DNA from: Verrucomicrobiota bacterium
Lineage (GTDB): Bacteria > Verrucomicrobiota > Verrucomicrobiia > Opitutales > Seribacteraceae
Assembly (NCBI GenBank): GCA_027622665.1
Contig: JAQBYT010000005.1
Location: 96,001 to 160,000 of the forward strand
Reading direction: 5' to 3'
DNA: 64,000 nt
Position numbers and translations under genes: made by a program
The notes under the pieces: model-generated
The model's input: only the letters and a program-made list of their open reading frames with translations
Told to the model about the DNA's origin: nothing
The model's database searches: none
Part shown: positions 56,245 to 64,000 of the stretch, one piece after another
Layout: every line of letters begins with the position of its first letter
Position numbering within the stretch: position 1 is the stretch's first letter

Positions 56245-56439
56245 TCAGGTTTTCGTTGGCGGCGGCACTTCCAAATCCTTGCATATCCGCTTAACCAGCA
56301 AGTCGCGAACCTCGTTGTGTCTGGGCACCGCCGACTTGCTTCGGTTGTCGGGTCGCCACCAAATCGAGTGCCTGCTACCTTCCCGCAGCAATTCGCAACT
56401 TTGCGAGGACAAGTAGCGAAGCAGTTCCTTCCGCTTCAC
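56245..56439 (-). CDS. hicA: HicA family toxin
   Basis: LREGSRHS.W, VPRHNE, ICKDL; GTGA overlap with hicB. Confidence 0.9.
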   Translation of the reverse strand: MKRKELLRYLSSQSCELLREGSRHSIWWRPDNRSKSAVPRHNEVRDLLVKRICKDLEVPPPTKT

Positions 56440-56648
56440 GCGGGAAGGGCCACTTCCTCAAATTGTCCCGAGACACCATCCAGAGCATCCTTGGCATTCA
56501 GTTCCAAGATGTCTTTCAAGGCTTCTGAAAGGCTAGTCAGCAATTCTTCTCGGCTTTTTTCCTGAGCATTGGCTCCGGGCACTTCCTTGACCCATCCAAC
56601 CCACCAGTTACCGTCCTGCTGGACAATTGCCGTAAAGTTAGCATTCAT
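56436..56648 (-). CDS. hicB: Short HicB family antitoxin (no DNA-binding domain)
   Basis: FTAIV...WWVGWV.EVPGANAQ..S.EEL..SL.EAL. Confidence 0.88.
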   Translation of the reverse strand: MNANFTAIVQQDGNWWVGWVKEVPGANAQEKSREELLTSLSEALKDILELNAKDALDGVSGQFEEVALPA

Positions 56649-56770
56649 CCCAACAACCTAACGTATCACCTTCCCGACGCAAGTTTTCCTTGTCCTTGAG
56701 GTCTCACCCCTCCTTGCAATGATTTCCCGGAGACGATAAGGGAATTCCAGGGTGTTAGGCCTTCGGCGCT

Positions 56771-57550
56771 TCAGTCGTATTTTGCGTGCAGGGTTTGTAG
56801 GGGGAATTGGCGCCCCGGGCAGACGGTGTGGTTGAGGTCGATTTCCTTGTGGCCCGCGAAGGCGCACTTTTTCTCGAGAACGATGTTTTGCAAAAAGTCC
56901 ATTAGCTCGTGAAAGGCCTCCATTTGCTTGGCGGTGGGTTTTCTGTTCTGGAAATTGCCGACTAGGCAGATGCCGATGCCGTGGTCGTTGACCTCTGTCT
57001 TCTGTACATGCCCGCCCCTCTGCTGGTATGTCCAACGCGAGCCTACTTCGACTTCGCCGTCACCCGAGTCCTTTCCCGAACCAATTACAAAATGATAGGC
57101 CAAGCCGTCGCGCAGGCGCTTCACCTCCTTGTGGTAATATTCGTACACGCGGGCGTTACCTTCCTCTATGCCGCTGTGGTGCGCCACGATCCACTTCCAC
57201 TTCTTGTCTTCCACCACGATCGATTGGGTTTTGTCGACCACCTTTGCTAGGTGCTTGAACTTGGGCAGGCGGGTGGGAATAATAAGAGTTTGCCCGATGC
57301 GTATGAGATCCCCCGTCAGGTCGTTGGCATTCTGTATGCCCTTCACGGTAGTCTGAAACCGTAGGGCAAGGTGGCTGAGGGTGTCGCCCGGTTTTACCAA
57401 GTACTTCCTGCCGGCCAGTTGGTTGGCCATCGCCAGACCGGGCAAGCCGGCCGCCATGACAATGGCCATTCGTCCGAAGGATCGGCGAGACCACCTTGGA
57501 CCGATCCTTAGAATTTCCGCGAAACGCGCTTGCGCCGAGTCACTCTTCAT
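56771..57550 (-). CDS. LysM + Amidase_2 N-acetylmuramoyl-L-alanine amidase
   Basis: YLVKPGDTLSHLA...IRIGQTLII LysM; HHS, YHFVIG, IGICLVGNF, GHKE...TVCPG; SRRSF Tat-like signal. Confidence 0.9.
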   Translation of the reverse strand: MKSDSAQARFAEILRIGPRWSRRSFGRMAIVMAAGLPGLAMANQLAGRKYLVKPGDTLSHLALRFQTTVKGIQNANDLTGDLIRIGQTLIIPTRLPKFKHLAKVVDKTQSIVVEDKKWKWIVAHHSGIEEGNARVYEYYHKEVKRLRDGLAYHFVIGSGKDSGDGEVEVGSRWTYQQRGGHVQKTEVNDHGIGICLVGNFQNRKPTAKQMEAFHELMDFLQNIVLEKKCAFAGHKEIDLNHTVCPGRQFPLQTLHAKYD

Positions 57551-57572
57551 TTAGCTTCCATCCATGCATCCC

Positions 57573-57588
57573 GTGATAACTTTCTCAC
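57573..57588. promoter_or_regulatory. Imperfect palindrome in the divergent amidase/Fur promoter
   Basis: GTGATAAC-TTTCTCAC. Confidence 0.3.
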
Positions 57589-57616
57589 AACCGTTTCAAT
57601 TGGTCAAATTGCTTTC

Positions 57617-58069
57617 GTGACCGAATGCTCCCATACGCATCTTTTCGATGAGGCCGTAGCTACTTTGCGAACGGCGGGTTTGCGCATCACCGAGCAAAGG
57701 CGGTCCATCCTGCGCGTACTCGCGAAGGCGGACGGAACGCTTTCCGCCGAGGAAACCTTCGAGGCTCTAGATCCCGAGACTTGCGACGTAGTCACGGTTT
57801 ACCGATGCCTGGAATCTTTTGAGAGGACCGGCACCGTGCAGCGCGGGGTGCGCGAGAACGGGACCAAGGTGTACTGCCTCGCCCATGGGGCGGACCATCA
57901 TCACCACCTCACCTGCCGATCCTGCGGTCGGACGGAGCGCCTCGACGTGTGCGTCGACGCCGACCTCGCCCAGCTTGCGGAGGAAAGAGGGTTTGTCGAG
58001 GTGTCGCATGTTCTTGAGGTGTTCGGCGTTTGCTCCGATTGTGCCCGGGGTGGGGGAGTCTCGTCGTGA
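57617..58069 (+). CDS. Fur family transcriptional regulator (Zur-like)
   Basis: GLRITEQR, TVYRCL, HHHHLTCRSC, GVCSDC; GTG 57617. Confidence 0.92.
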   Translation: MTECSHTHLFDEAVATLRTAGLRITEQRRSILRVLAKADGTLSAEETFEALDPETCDVVTVYRCLESFERTGTVQRGVRENGTKVYCLAHGADHHHHLTCRSCGRTERLDVCVDADLAQLAEERGFVEVSHVLEVFGVCSDCARGGGVSS

Positions 58070-61000
58070 AGGGGGCGGTTGCCTTTGTTTTTTCTTTTCT
58101 TTTCACCCTTGGCCTTCAAGCGGACGACAAGGGGGAAAAGCCGAACTCGACCTATGTCCGCTTTCATCTCGATTCCTTGCCTGCCGTCGGGAAAATCTCC
58201 CTCAGAGCCTCCTTTCAGTTGCACCATCCTCCATGGGGGGCTTCGACAAATTTCGGAGACAAAGCGGTCTCTGAAAAATCCCACGACTTTACTGAAATCG
58301 GCCCGACGCCTTGGTATCGTCTCCAGGACATCCTGAACTTTTCGCGGTTTGGTCCGGCCCAAGTTTCCATGACTTTGCAGGTGTCCGGCGACGCCGAGGG
58401 CTCTACCGAGTTCGCCGTTGGAAAGCCCCCGCACGTAACTATTTCCGCTCGCGAATTCCCCCGGGATGGACTCGGCCCTGCGGGAAAGGATTTGCTGGAC
58501 GATCTTTCGGGCAAAGCTCCGAAGAAGCCCGACGGCCCCCCCGAACCTCTTACCCTTCGCATAGTACGAAAAATTTCCTGGAACGTACCCGACGGAAAAA
58601 AATATTCCCTCTCCACCGACCTGTCGCGGATCGAGACCTTGCGTGACCATGCCCGCAGAAATTATCGTCGAGCCCTTGAGGCAACCGGAGAAAGGCTGTT
58701 CCCGCTCATGCGGCCTCCCATGCTCACCACCCCCGCATGGTCTAGAGCCATTGGCCCTGCGGGCGACTACATGAAGAAGACCCTTCGCCTTCTCGGGTTC
58801 AATGCCGTGGATACCCACGATTCCATAAAATCCGCCCGCCTTTACGGTTGGACTACCACGGGAGCCCAGTACTGGCCGCCCTCTTTTCTTCCGCACGACG
58901 TGGACGCCGCCCGCAAACGGTACGATGCCCACTACGAGGCGAGAGTTCCTTCGGCGCTCTCCAAGCGCGCCACGGCTACCGACGTCGTTACCTCCGTGTT
59001 CCAAGTCGCGGACGAGCCGGGCGAAATTCAAACCGAGGAATTGAGCACTCCCGCCTTTCGCTTTCGGAAAGGGAAGGACGGCATCGTCATATTCGTCGAT
59101 GAATCCGGCGAGGGCATCCTCCGTACGAAAAGAAATGATTACGCGGGTTACGTTCTCGAGGGGCTTATCGCCACCCGCGATGGGAAAATCACTTTCCATG
59201 CCGGACTGTCAGCCAAAGACCCCAAGACCGGCTTTTTCTGGACGGTTGGTCGATTGCGCCGAAACGCTCCCGAAAACGTCGCCGCCGGCAAGATTGGAAC
59301 CGGTGGCTCGCACTATGTACGTAATGGGGCGAACCTTTCAGGCGAGCCTCGCCTGTTTCGTCTGGTCCATGATGGTTCCGAGGCCGCCATATACTTGGAC
59401 GAAAAGTCGATCAGTCACTTGAAGGACTTACCCGTGTCGGGCGGTTTTTCCATAAGCGGACCTCGCAAGAGTTTCTTTTCCTTGGTCTTGCGCCCCATGA
59501 GGAAGGAGGAGCGCCTGCGCCCGGTCCTGTCCGCGGATGGACCCGCCCGCAAAGACGTTCTGGCCGACATCGCGGACGATCTTTTGCTGGAGGAACCCGA
59601 ACCCGATCCGAAGGAGGACGAACCCCGGGACTTGCGAGCCTCTATTGAAGCGAACTGGTTGATCGAGGGTGGCTCGGAGGAGGCTCGAATCGGTTTCCGG
59701 AAATGGCTGGCCGAGCGCAAGGTGAAGCCTACTCTCTTCGGGGCCACATCCCTGAACGACGTTTCCCCGCTCACTCTTCCACAGTTGGCCGAAACTCCCG
59801 AGGAAAAGCGTCTCTACTACTGGTCGCGCCGGTATTCCGCATGGCGCACGCCCCGCATGTTCGCCTTGGCCTGCGAGGCCATAGGCAAAGTGTCTCCCAA
59901 TCCCGACCTTCGTCGCTTCGTGGCCCTGAGCGGGCATGCCCTGTACTTCCCGAGTCGCATGCCTTTGGACATGTTCGAGCTAGCGAGCTATCCCGACGTC
60001 ACGCCCGGCGTGAGCGACTGGATGAGCACGGGCAGCTGGCGCTGGGACAGCCATCAGGCGGTTGCCTTCTCGGTGGCGCCCTTCAATTCCGGGGCTCGCC
60101 GCCGGGGACAATCTCCCGCGAACTTTCCCATGATGCACTGCGTGTGGCCCGAGGTGCTTCGGTCCTACGCCCAGCTCGGAAACAACTGCAAGCTCATCAG
60201 CTTCTACAACTACGGGCCTCACTACGCCGCCACCGAGGGCATGTGGTCGGAGGCCTCCGGCTCGCATCGCGCCGCCCATCTTCTGAATAATCGACTGTCC
60301 CAAGCGGACGACCTCGTCGGGGCAGGCATTCTCCGCCCGTCCCGCGTGGCCATGCTCTACTCCCGTTCCACCGAGTACTGGAATCCCGCTGCCACCTTCC
60401 CCGACAAGCGAGCCTCTTTCCTCGGGTTGTCCCACGAGTACTTTCAACCGGAGCTCGTGACCGAGGAGCAAGTGGCGGCAGGGGACCTAGACCATTACGA
60501 CGCCCTCTACGTTCTGGAAACCCACGTGTCGCAGGCGGCGTCCGAACGTATCCTGTCATGGACCAAGCGAGGCGGCCTGCTTTGGACTTGCGCCGATTCC
60601 TTCCTTCGCGACGAGTACGATACCCCTCGGGATTTCCTTGGCGAAAACTTCGGTCTGCAGCGACGCTTTGCGGATAAGCCCGCCAAGCGTACCGTTCGTC
60701 CTTCGGCTGCCGTTGCCTCGTTCATGCCCGTCCACGGCGTGAAACCGGCAAAGCCCATCGGCGGACTGGTTTGGCCGGGGGCCGAGGTTCTCGCCAACTA
60801 CGACGAAGGACTCTCGGCCTGGCTCGAAAAGGATTATCATGACGGACGCGTGGTTTACCTAGGTCATCGAGCCGGTCTCGATTATACTCGTAAAGCCATC
60901 CGCCTTGGCGGCATGCGCACCATCTGGCCCGATTACCCGCGAGCCTTTCTTACGCGTCCCCTCCATCAACGAAAGGTAGTTCGCGAACTCACGGTTTCGG

Positions 61001-61881
61001 AACCTATTGTCCTCGCCCATGCTCTCTCTTCTAAAGGCGGCGACGTGATCGTCCTTGCCAACATGCGCGCCGACGATCTTGAAAACCTCGAAGTTCGGCT
61101 TCGTTCTCCGGCCAAGCCGGTTTCCGTGCAAACCTTCGATGAAAATGGTAACCTCGTAGAGGTGCCCTTTACCCATGCCGATGGGATAGTACTCTTTACG
61201 GTGCCTCGGCTACCAAGTTTCCTTTCCGGCTGGAACGAGATTGGTCAGCTTTACTTTGTTCGATCCAAACCCGCACCGTCCGACGATCGTTTGGGCAAAC
61301 TGCGGGAGCAAACCGAGGCCGAACTCGGATCCGATGATCCCGAGACCCTTGCGGTCGCTATTTGGCGGGCCGGTTTCTTTCCCGATTGGAAACTCGCGGG
61401 GAAGCTTCCGCCCCTCTTGACCCATGAGGACTGGCGAGTGCGAAGGGCGACTGCCGAGAGCCTGGGACGCCTAGCTCCCGATGGCGCGGGGTCGGCTATT
61501 GTCGCGGCCTTTGCCCAAGAAACGGACAATCATGCCAAGGCCGAGCAGTTGCACGCCCTAGCCCGCCTCGGAAGCGATAAGTTCGAAGCTTTTCACAAGC
61601 TGTTGACGGCAAGCCCCGATCCCTTTCTTCGGGAGGAAGCTCGTCTGGCCCATGCGGTCTTGCGCCCAGTGATTACTCCCAAAGCCTTGCCCGAGGAGCC
61701 TTATGCCAAGGCCATCGCCACCCGTTCACCGGAGTTGCTTCGAAAAGTTTTTCAGGATCGGGCGAAGTTGAACCCCGGCCAATTGACCCGGTTGCTCGCC
61801 CACCTTCCCGCTGCTTATCCCGTTCGCTTCGGTAACGACTTGCAGGCTTGGTCGGACTATTTTTCCAAGTTGCCGAATTGA
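58066..61881 (+). CDS. Secreted GH42-like protein with beta-galactosidase trimerization domain and C-terminal HEAT repeats
   Basis: Signal peptide from GTG 58066 (GTGA overlap with the Fur gene); VADEP candidate acid/base; RVAMLYS...YDALYV...W..RGG.L; LLTHEDWRVRRATAESLGRL HEAT. Confidence 0.72.
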   Translation: MKGAVAFVFSFLFTLGLQADDKGEKPNSTYVRFHLDSLPAVGKISLRASFQLHHPPWGASTNFGDKAVSEKSHDFTEIGPTPWYRLQDILNFSRFGPAQVSMTLQVSGDAEGSTEFAVGKPPHVTISAREFPRDGLGPAGKDLLDDLSGKAPKKPDGPPEPLTLRIVRKISWNVPDGKKYSLSTDLSRIETLRDHARRNYRRALEATGERLFPLMRPPMLTTPAWSRAIGPAGDYMKKTLRLLGFNAVDTHDSIKSARLYGWTTTGAQYWPPSFLPHDVDAARKRYDAHYEARVPSALSKRATATDVVTSVFQVADEPGEIQTEELSTPAFRFRKGKDGIVIFVDESGEGILRTKRNDYAGYVLEGLIATRDGKITFHAGLSAKDPKTGFFWTVGRLRRNAPENVAAGKIGTGGSHYVRNGANLSGEPRLFRLVHDGSEAAIYLDEKSISHLKDLPVSGGFSISGPRKSFFSLVLRPMRKEERLRPVLSADGPARKDVLADIADDLLLEEPEPDPKEDEPRDLRASIEANWLIEGGSEEARIGFRKWLAERKVKPTLFGATSLNDVSPLTLPQLAETPEEKRLYYWSRRYSAWRTPRMFALACEAIGKVSPNPDLRRFVALSGHALYFPSRMPLDMFELASYPDVTPGVSDWMSTGSWRWDSHQAVAFSVAPFNSGARRRGQSPANFPMMHCVWPEVLRSYAQLGNNCKLISFYNYGPHYAATEGMWSEASGSHRAAHLLNNRLSQADDLVGAGILRPSRVAMLYSRSTEYWNPAATFPDKRASFLGLSHEYFQPELVTEEQVAAGDLDHYDALYVLETHVSQAASERILSWTKRGGLLWTCADSFLRDEYDTPRDFLGENFGLQRRFADKPAKRTVRPSAAVASFMPVHGVKPAKPIGGLVWPGAEVLANYDEGLSAWLEKDYHDGRVVYLGHRAGLDYTRKAIRLGGMRTIWPDYPRAFLTRPLHQRKVVRELTVSEPIVLAHALSSKGGDVIVLANMRADDLENLEVRLRSPAKPVSVQTFDENGNLVEVPFTHADGIVLFTVPRLPSFLSGWNEIGQLYFVRSKPAPSDDRLGKLREQTEAELGSDDPETLAVAIWRAGFFPDWKLAGKLPPLLTHEDWRVRRATAESLGRLAPDGAGSAIVAAFAQETDNHAKAEQLHALARLGSDKFEAFHKLLTASPDPFLREEARLAHAVLRPVITPKALPEEPYAKAIATRSPELLRKVFQDRAKLNPGQLTRLLAHLPAAYPVRFGNDLQAWSDYFSKLPN

Positions 61882-61897
61882 TGTCCGGTTTGTCCGG

Positions 61898-63808
61898 CTA
61901 GGTTCCGATTTGGCCCACGAAAAGCACTAACCCGATAATTGCGAAACAGAGGGCTAAACATATTGCAAAGCCCACCACGTCATATCGGGTGGGTCGCTGA
62001 AATTCGAAGTTGGAGCCGGGGAAGAGCTTGTTTTTGTCGAACCGATCGGGCTCGGCGTAGCTTTTTTCGATTTCGGCTTCGTCTTTTTCGGGATCGGGGT
62101 TCACCGGAGTTTTCATCCTAACGTAAAGGCGATCCAGGCTCTCCTTCCGATTCGGGGTGGTGAGCAAGCTGGCGATTATCATCACCAGAAACGGGGCGAT
62201 GATTTTGAAGGGGAGGTCGAGGGTGGCTAGGGCGGCGTTGCGGACCTTGGTCAGGTCGAAACCAAGAATTTTATCATAGAGCAGCATGTCGAAACGAAAC
62301 TGTCCTTCGCCTCGTTTTACTCCTTCGACCTCCTTTACGCCTCCCGTCCAGTAGATGGACTTTCCTCCGCCGGTATCGGTCTTCTCGTTTACTTGGATCA
62401 GAGACGAGTCGGTTCGCAAGTCCGGAGCCACGGCGGGGATCAAGCGGGGTAGAACGAAGAAGCTGACGAGGCAAAAGGCAATGGTCGTCCATCCGGCCTT
62501 GGTGGTGGCTTTGCGCCAATACATACCGACCCAGAACAAGGCGGCGAAGGTCATCGGCACAATCCAAGTCAACTGAAGTTGCTTGAACATATCCAGCATG
62601 GTCACCGATATGACGACGGCTCCCAAGACTACGATCCCCCCGGTCCATCGCCCGAGGGAAACGCACTCCCTGTCGGTGGCGTTCGGCTTTATGAAGGGCA
62701 CGTAAATATTTCTTACCACCAGCGCCGAGCAGACCAGCATGTAGCAATCCACGCTGCTCATGAGCGCCGCCAGCAGGCACGCCAGCATTAGCCCGACGAG
62801 TCCTATGCCCAGAGGTCCAAGGAGTTCCTTCGTGGCCACCCCCCATGCCATGTCGGCATCTTTCATCAAGGCCGTATCGCTACCGAACAAGGTGAGCACG
62901 ATCAAGGCCGTGATCACCCAACCGATGGTGCAAAAGCGCTTGATGAAATTTCCCGTTACGAGACCTATCCTGGCGTCCTGCTCACTTTTGGCGGTACCGC
63001 CTCCCGTGACGATGAAGTGGGGCGTGAGGACGATGCCGATCGCGTTGATGATGACGATTACGAGAATCGCATAAAGTGGGAACTCAGCCGAGTTTTGGCT
63101 GCCGAGGATGGTGAAGTTGTGGGCAGGTAGTTGTTCGTGCATGACGCGAAAGCCATCCGTCCAAGAATCGCCGGGACTGCCGAATTTTTCAACCACTGCA
63201 TTCAGCCCGAACGGAATCAGCAGGACGGAGAGCAGAATGATGCAAATGCCTTGGACGAGGTCTGTCCAGTAAGCGGCAGCGATTCCGCCGAGTACGCCGT
63301 ACAATGTGACCACTACTGCCACCAAGGGCACCAGCACGTGCTCCGTCTGCGCGCCGAAGAGTTCCGGTCCCACCAAGGGCACGGCCACCTTGCCTATAGC
63401 CGTGAAGAGCATGGCCCCGTAGGTCATGTAATAGAAGCAACCGAACACAGCGTAGGCCACGCCCATGCTCTTGGACTCGTAGCGTTCCACGAACCAGTCG
63501 CCCAAGGTGAGGCAGCGCATCCGACGGTACCACACCGCGCTAATCCAGTACACCGGGGTGACGAACAGCCAGTACATGACTCCCCACATGCCGCTCATGC
63601 CGTTGGCGAAGGTGCCGCGGGCGGTGTTCACGGGATCGGCGGAGCCCGTGCCTGCGCCAAACGCGGCGAAGGTTTGGAAGAGTTTGCCGAAACGGCGTCC
63701 CCCCATGAAGTAGTCCTCTTGTCCCTTCACTTGCTTCATGGCCCAAATACCGATGCCGGCCATGCCGGCGAAATAGATGAAGAGCACCAAATAGTCTATC
63801 GTGTCCAT
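61898..63808 (-). CDS. Sodium:solute symporter (SSS/SLC5 family)
   Basis: IDYLVL..YF, DYFMGGR.FG, YGVLGG..A.YWTDLVQG, LLAALMSS. Confidence 0.93.
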   Translation of the reverse strand: MDTIDYLVLFIYFAGMAGIGIWAMKQVKGQEDYFMGGRRFGKLFQTFAAFGAGTGSADPVNTARGTFANGMSGMWGVMYWLFVTPVYWISAVWYRRMRCLTLGDWFVERYESKSMGVAYAVFGCFYYMTYGAMLFTAIGKVAVPLVGPELFGAQTEHVLVPLVAVVVTLYGVLGGIAAAYWTDLVQGICIILLSVLLIPFGLNAVVEKFGSPGDSWTDGFRVMHEQLPAHNFTILGSQNSAEFPLYAILVIVIINAIGIVLTPHFIVTGGGTAKSEQDARIGLVTGNFIKRFCTIGWVITALIVLTLFGSDTALMKDADMAWGVATKELLGPLGIGLVGLMLACLLAALMSSVDCYMLVCSALVVRNIYVPFIKPNATDRECVSLGRWTGGIVVLGAVVISVTMLDMFKQLQLTWIVPMTFAALFWVGMYWRKATTKAGWTTIAFCLVSFFVLPRLIPAVAPDLRTDSSLIQVNEKTDTGGGKSIYWTGGVKEVEGVKRGEGQFRFDMLLYDKILGFDLTKVRNAALATLDLPFKIIAPFLVMIIASLLTTPNRKESLDRLYVRMKTPVNPDPEKDEAEIEKSYAEPDRFDKNKLFPGSNFEFQRPTRYDVVGFAICLALCFAIIGLVLFVGQIGT

Positions 63809-63956
63809 AGAGAGATCCCGCCAATTCGTTTCCGAAAGGGTCTCTTTGGCAATCGAAAAGCGTCGATACCTGTTTTTTACGAGTGGGTAGGTGAACAGAT
63901 TATTCTTGCCGTGGACTGGTCGCCGCCGAAGAGTCGCCGCTCATTTTTTAACTTAT

Positions 63957-64000
63957 ATGGACAAAGTACGAATAGGAATTGTTGGGTTGGGTAACATCGG
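63957..64000 (+). CDS. Gfo/Idh/MocA family oxidoreductase, 5' fragment at window edge
   Basis: MDKVRIGIVGLGNIG Rossmann start. Confidence 0.7.
   Translation, partial: MDKVRIGIVGLGNI

Noticed and set aside
55884..56284. ORFs 55884-56177, 55903-56115 and 55988-56284 with CHCE repeats
   Set aside because: They are translations of the palindromic element, not credible proteins
55300..56770. Prophage or integron around the TA modules and amidase
   Set aside because: No integrase, att repeats, holin or structural genes; the amidase has an export signal and LysM like a host enzyme

Overview
Bacterial chromosomal window with a gene set typical of the PVC superphylum, most likely a marine Verrucomicrobiota (Opitutales-like; inferred from gene families, not proven). 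Left to right: a PSCyt/PSD1 diheme cytochrome + DUF1501 pair; an accessory stretch (~4.9-17.7 kb) of secreted proteins (two NIPSNAP proteins, a His-rich barrel, an alpha/beta hydrolase, EF-hand and FG-GAP proteins, GDPD, polysaccharide deacetylase) containing three broken sulfatase genes; IclR + a second PSCyt/PSD1-DUF1501 pair; rlmN; a PVC-type heme-c beta-propeller protein; a ~1770-aa metzincin/Pmp-repeat/cadherin surface protein; DUF1080, gluconokinase and a glyoxalase; a TPR-TPR-TPR-ExbB-ExbD-ExbD operon with no TonB/TolA; two divergent peptide ABC operons (Yej-like and Opp-like); a toxin-antitoxin islet (dead relE + intact antitoxin, a nested palindromic element, hicBA); LysM amidase / Fur-family regulator / GH42-like HEAT protein; a sodium:solute symporter; and the start of a Gfo/Idh/MocA oxidoreductase. 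I saw no rRNA, tRNA, CRISPR array or transposase. The best candidates for uncharacterised systems are the TPR-ExbB-ExbD2 envelope motor, the modular diheme PSD1/DUF1501 pairs, and the Trp-rich C-terminal domain of the surface protein. All family calls are from motif recognition by eye; no searches were run.
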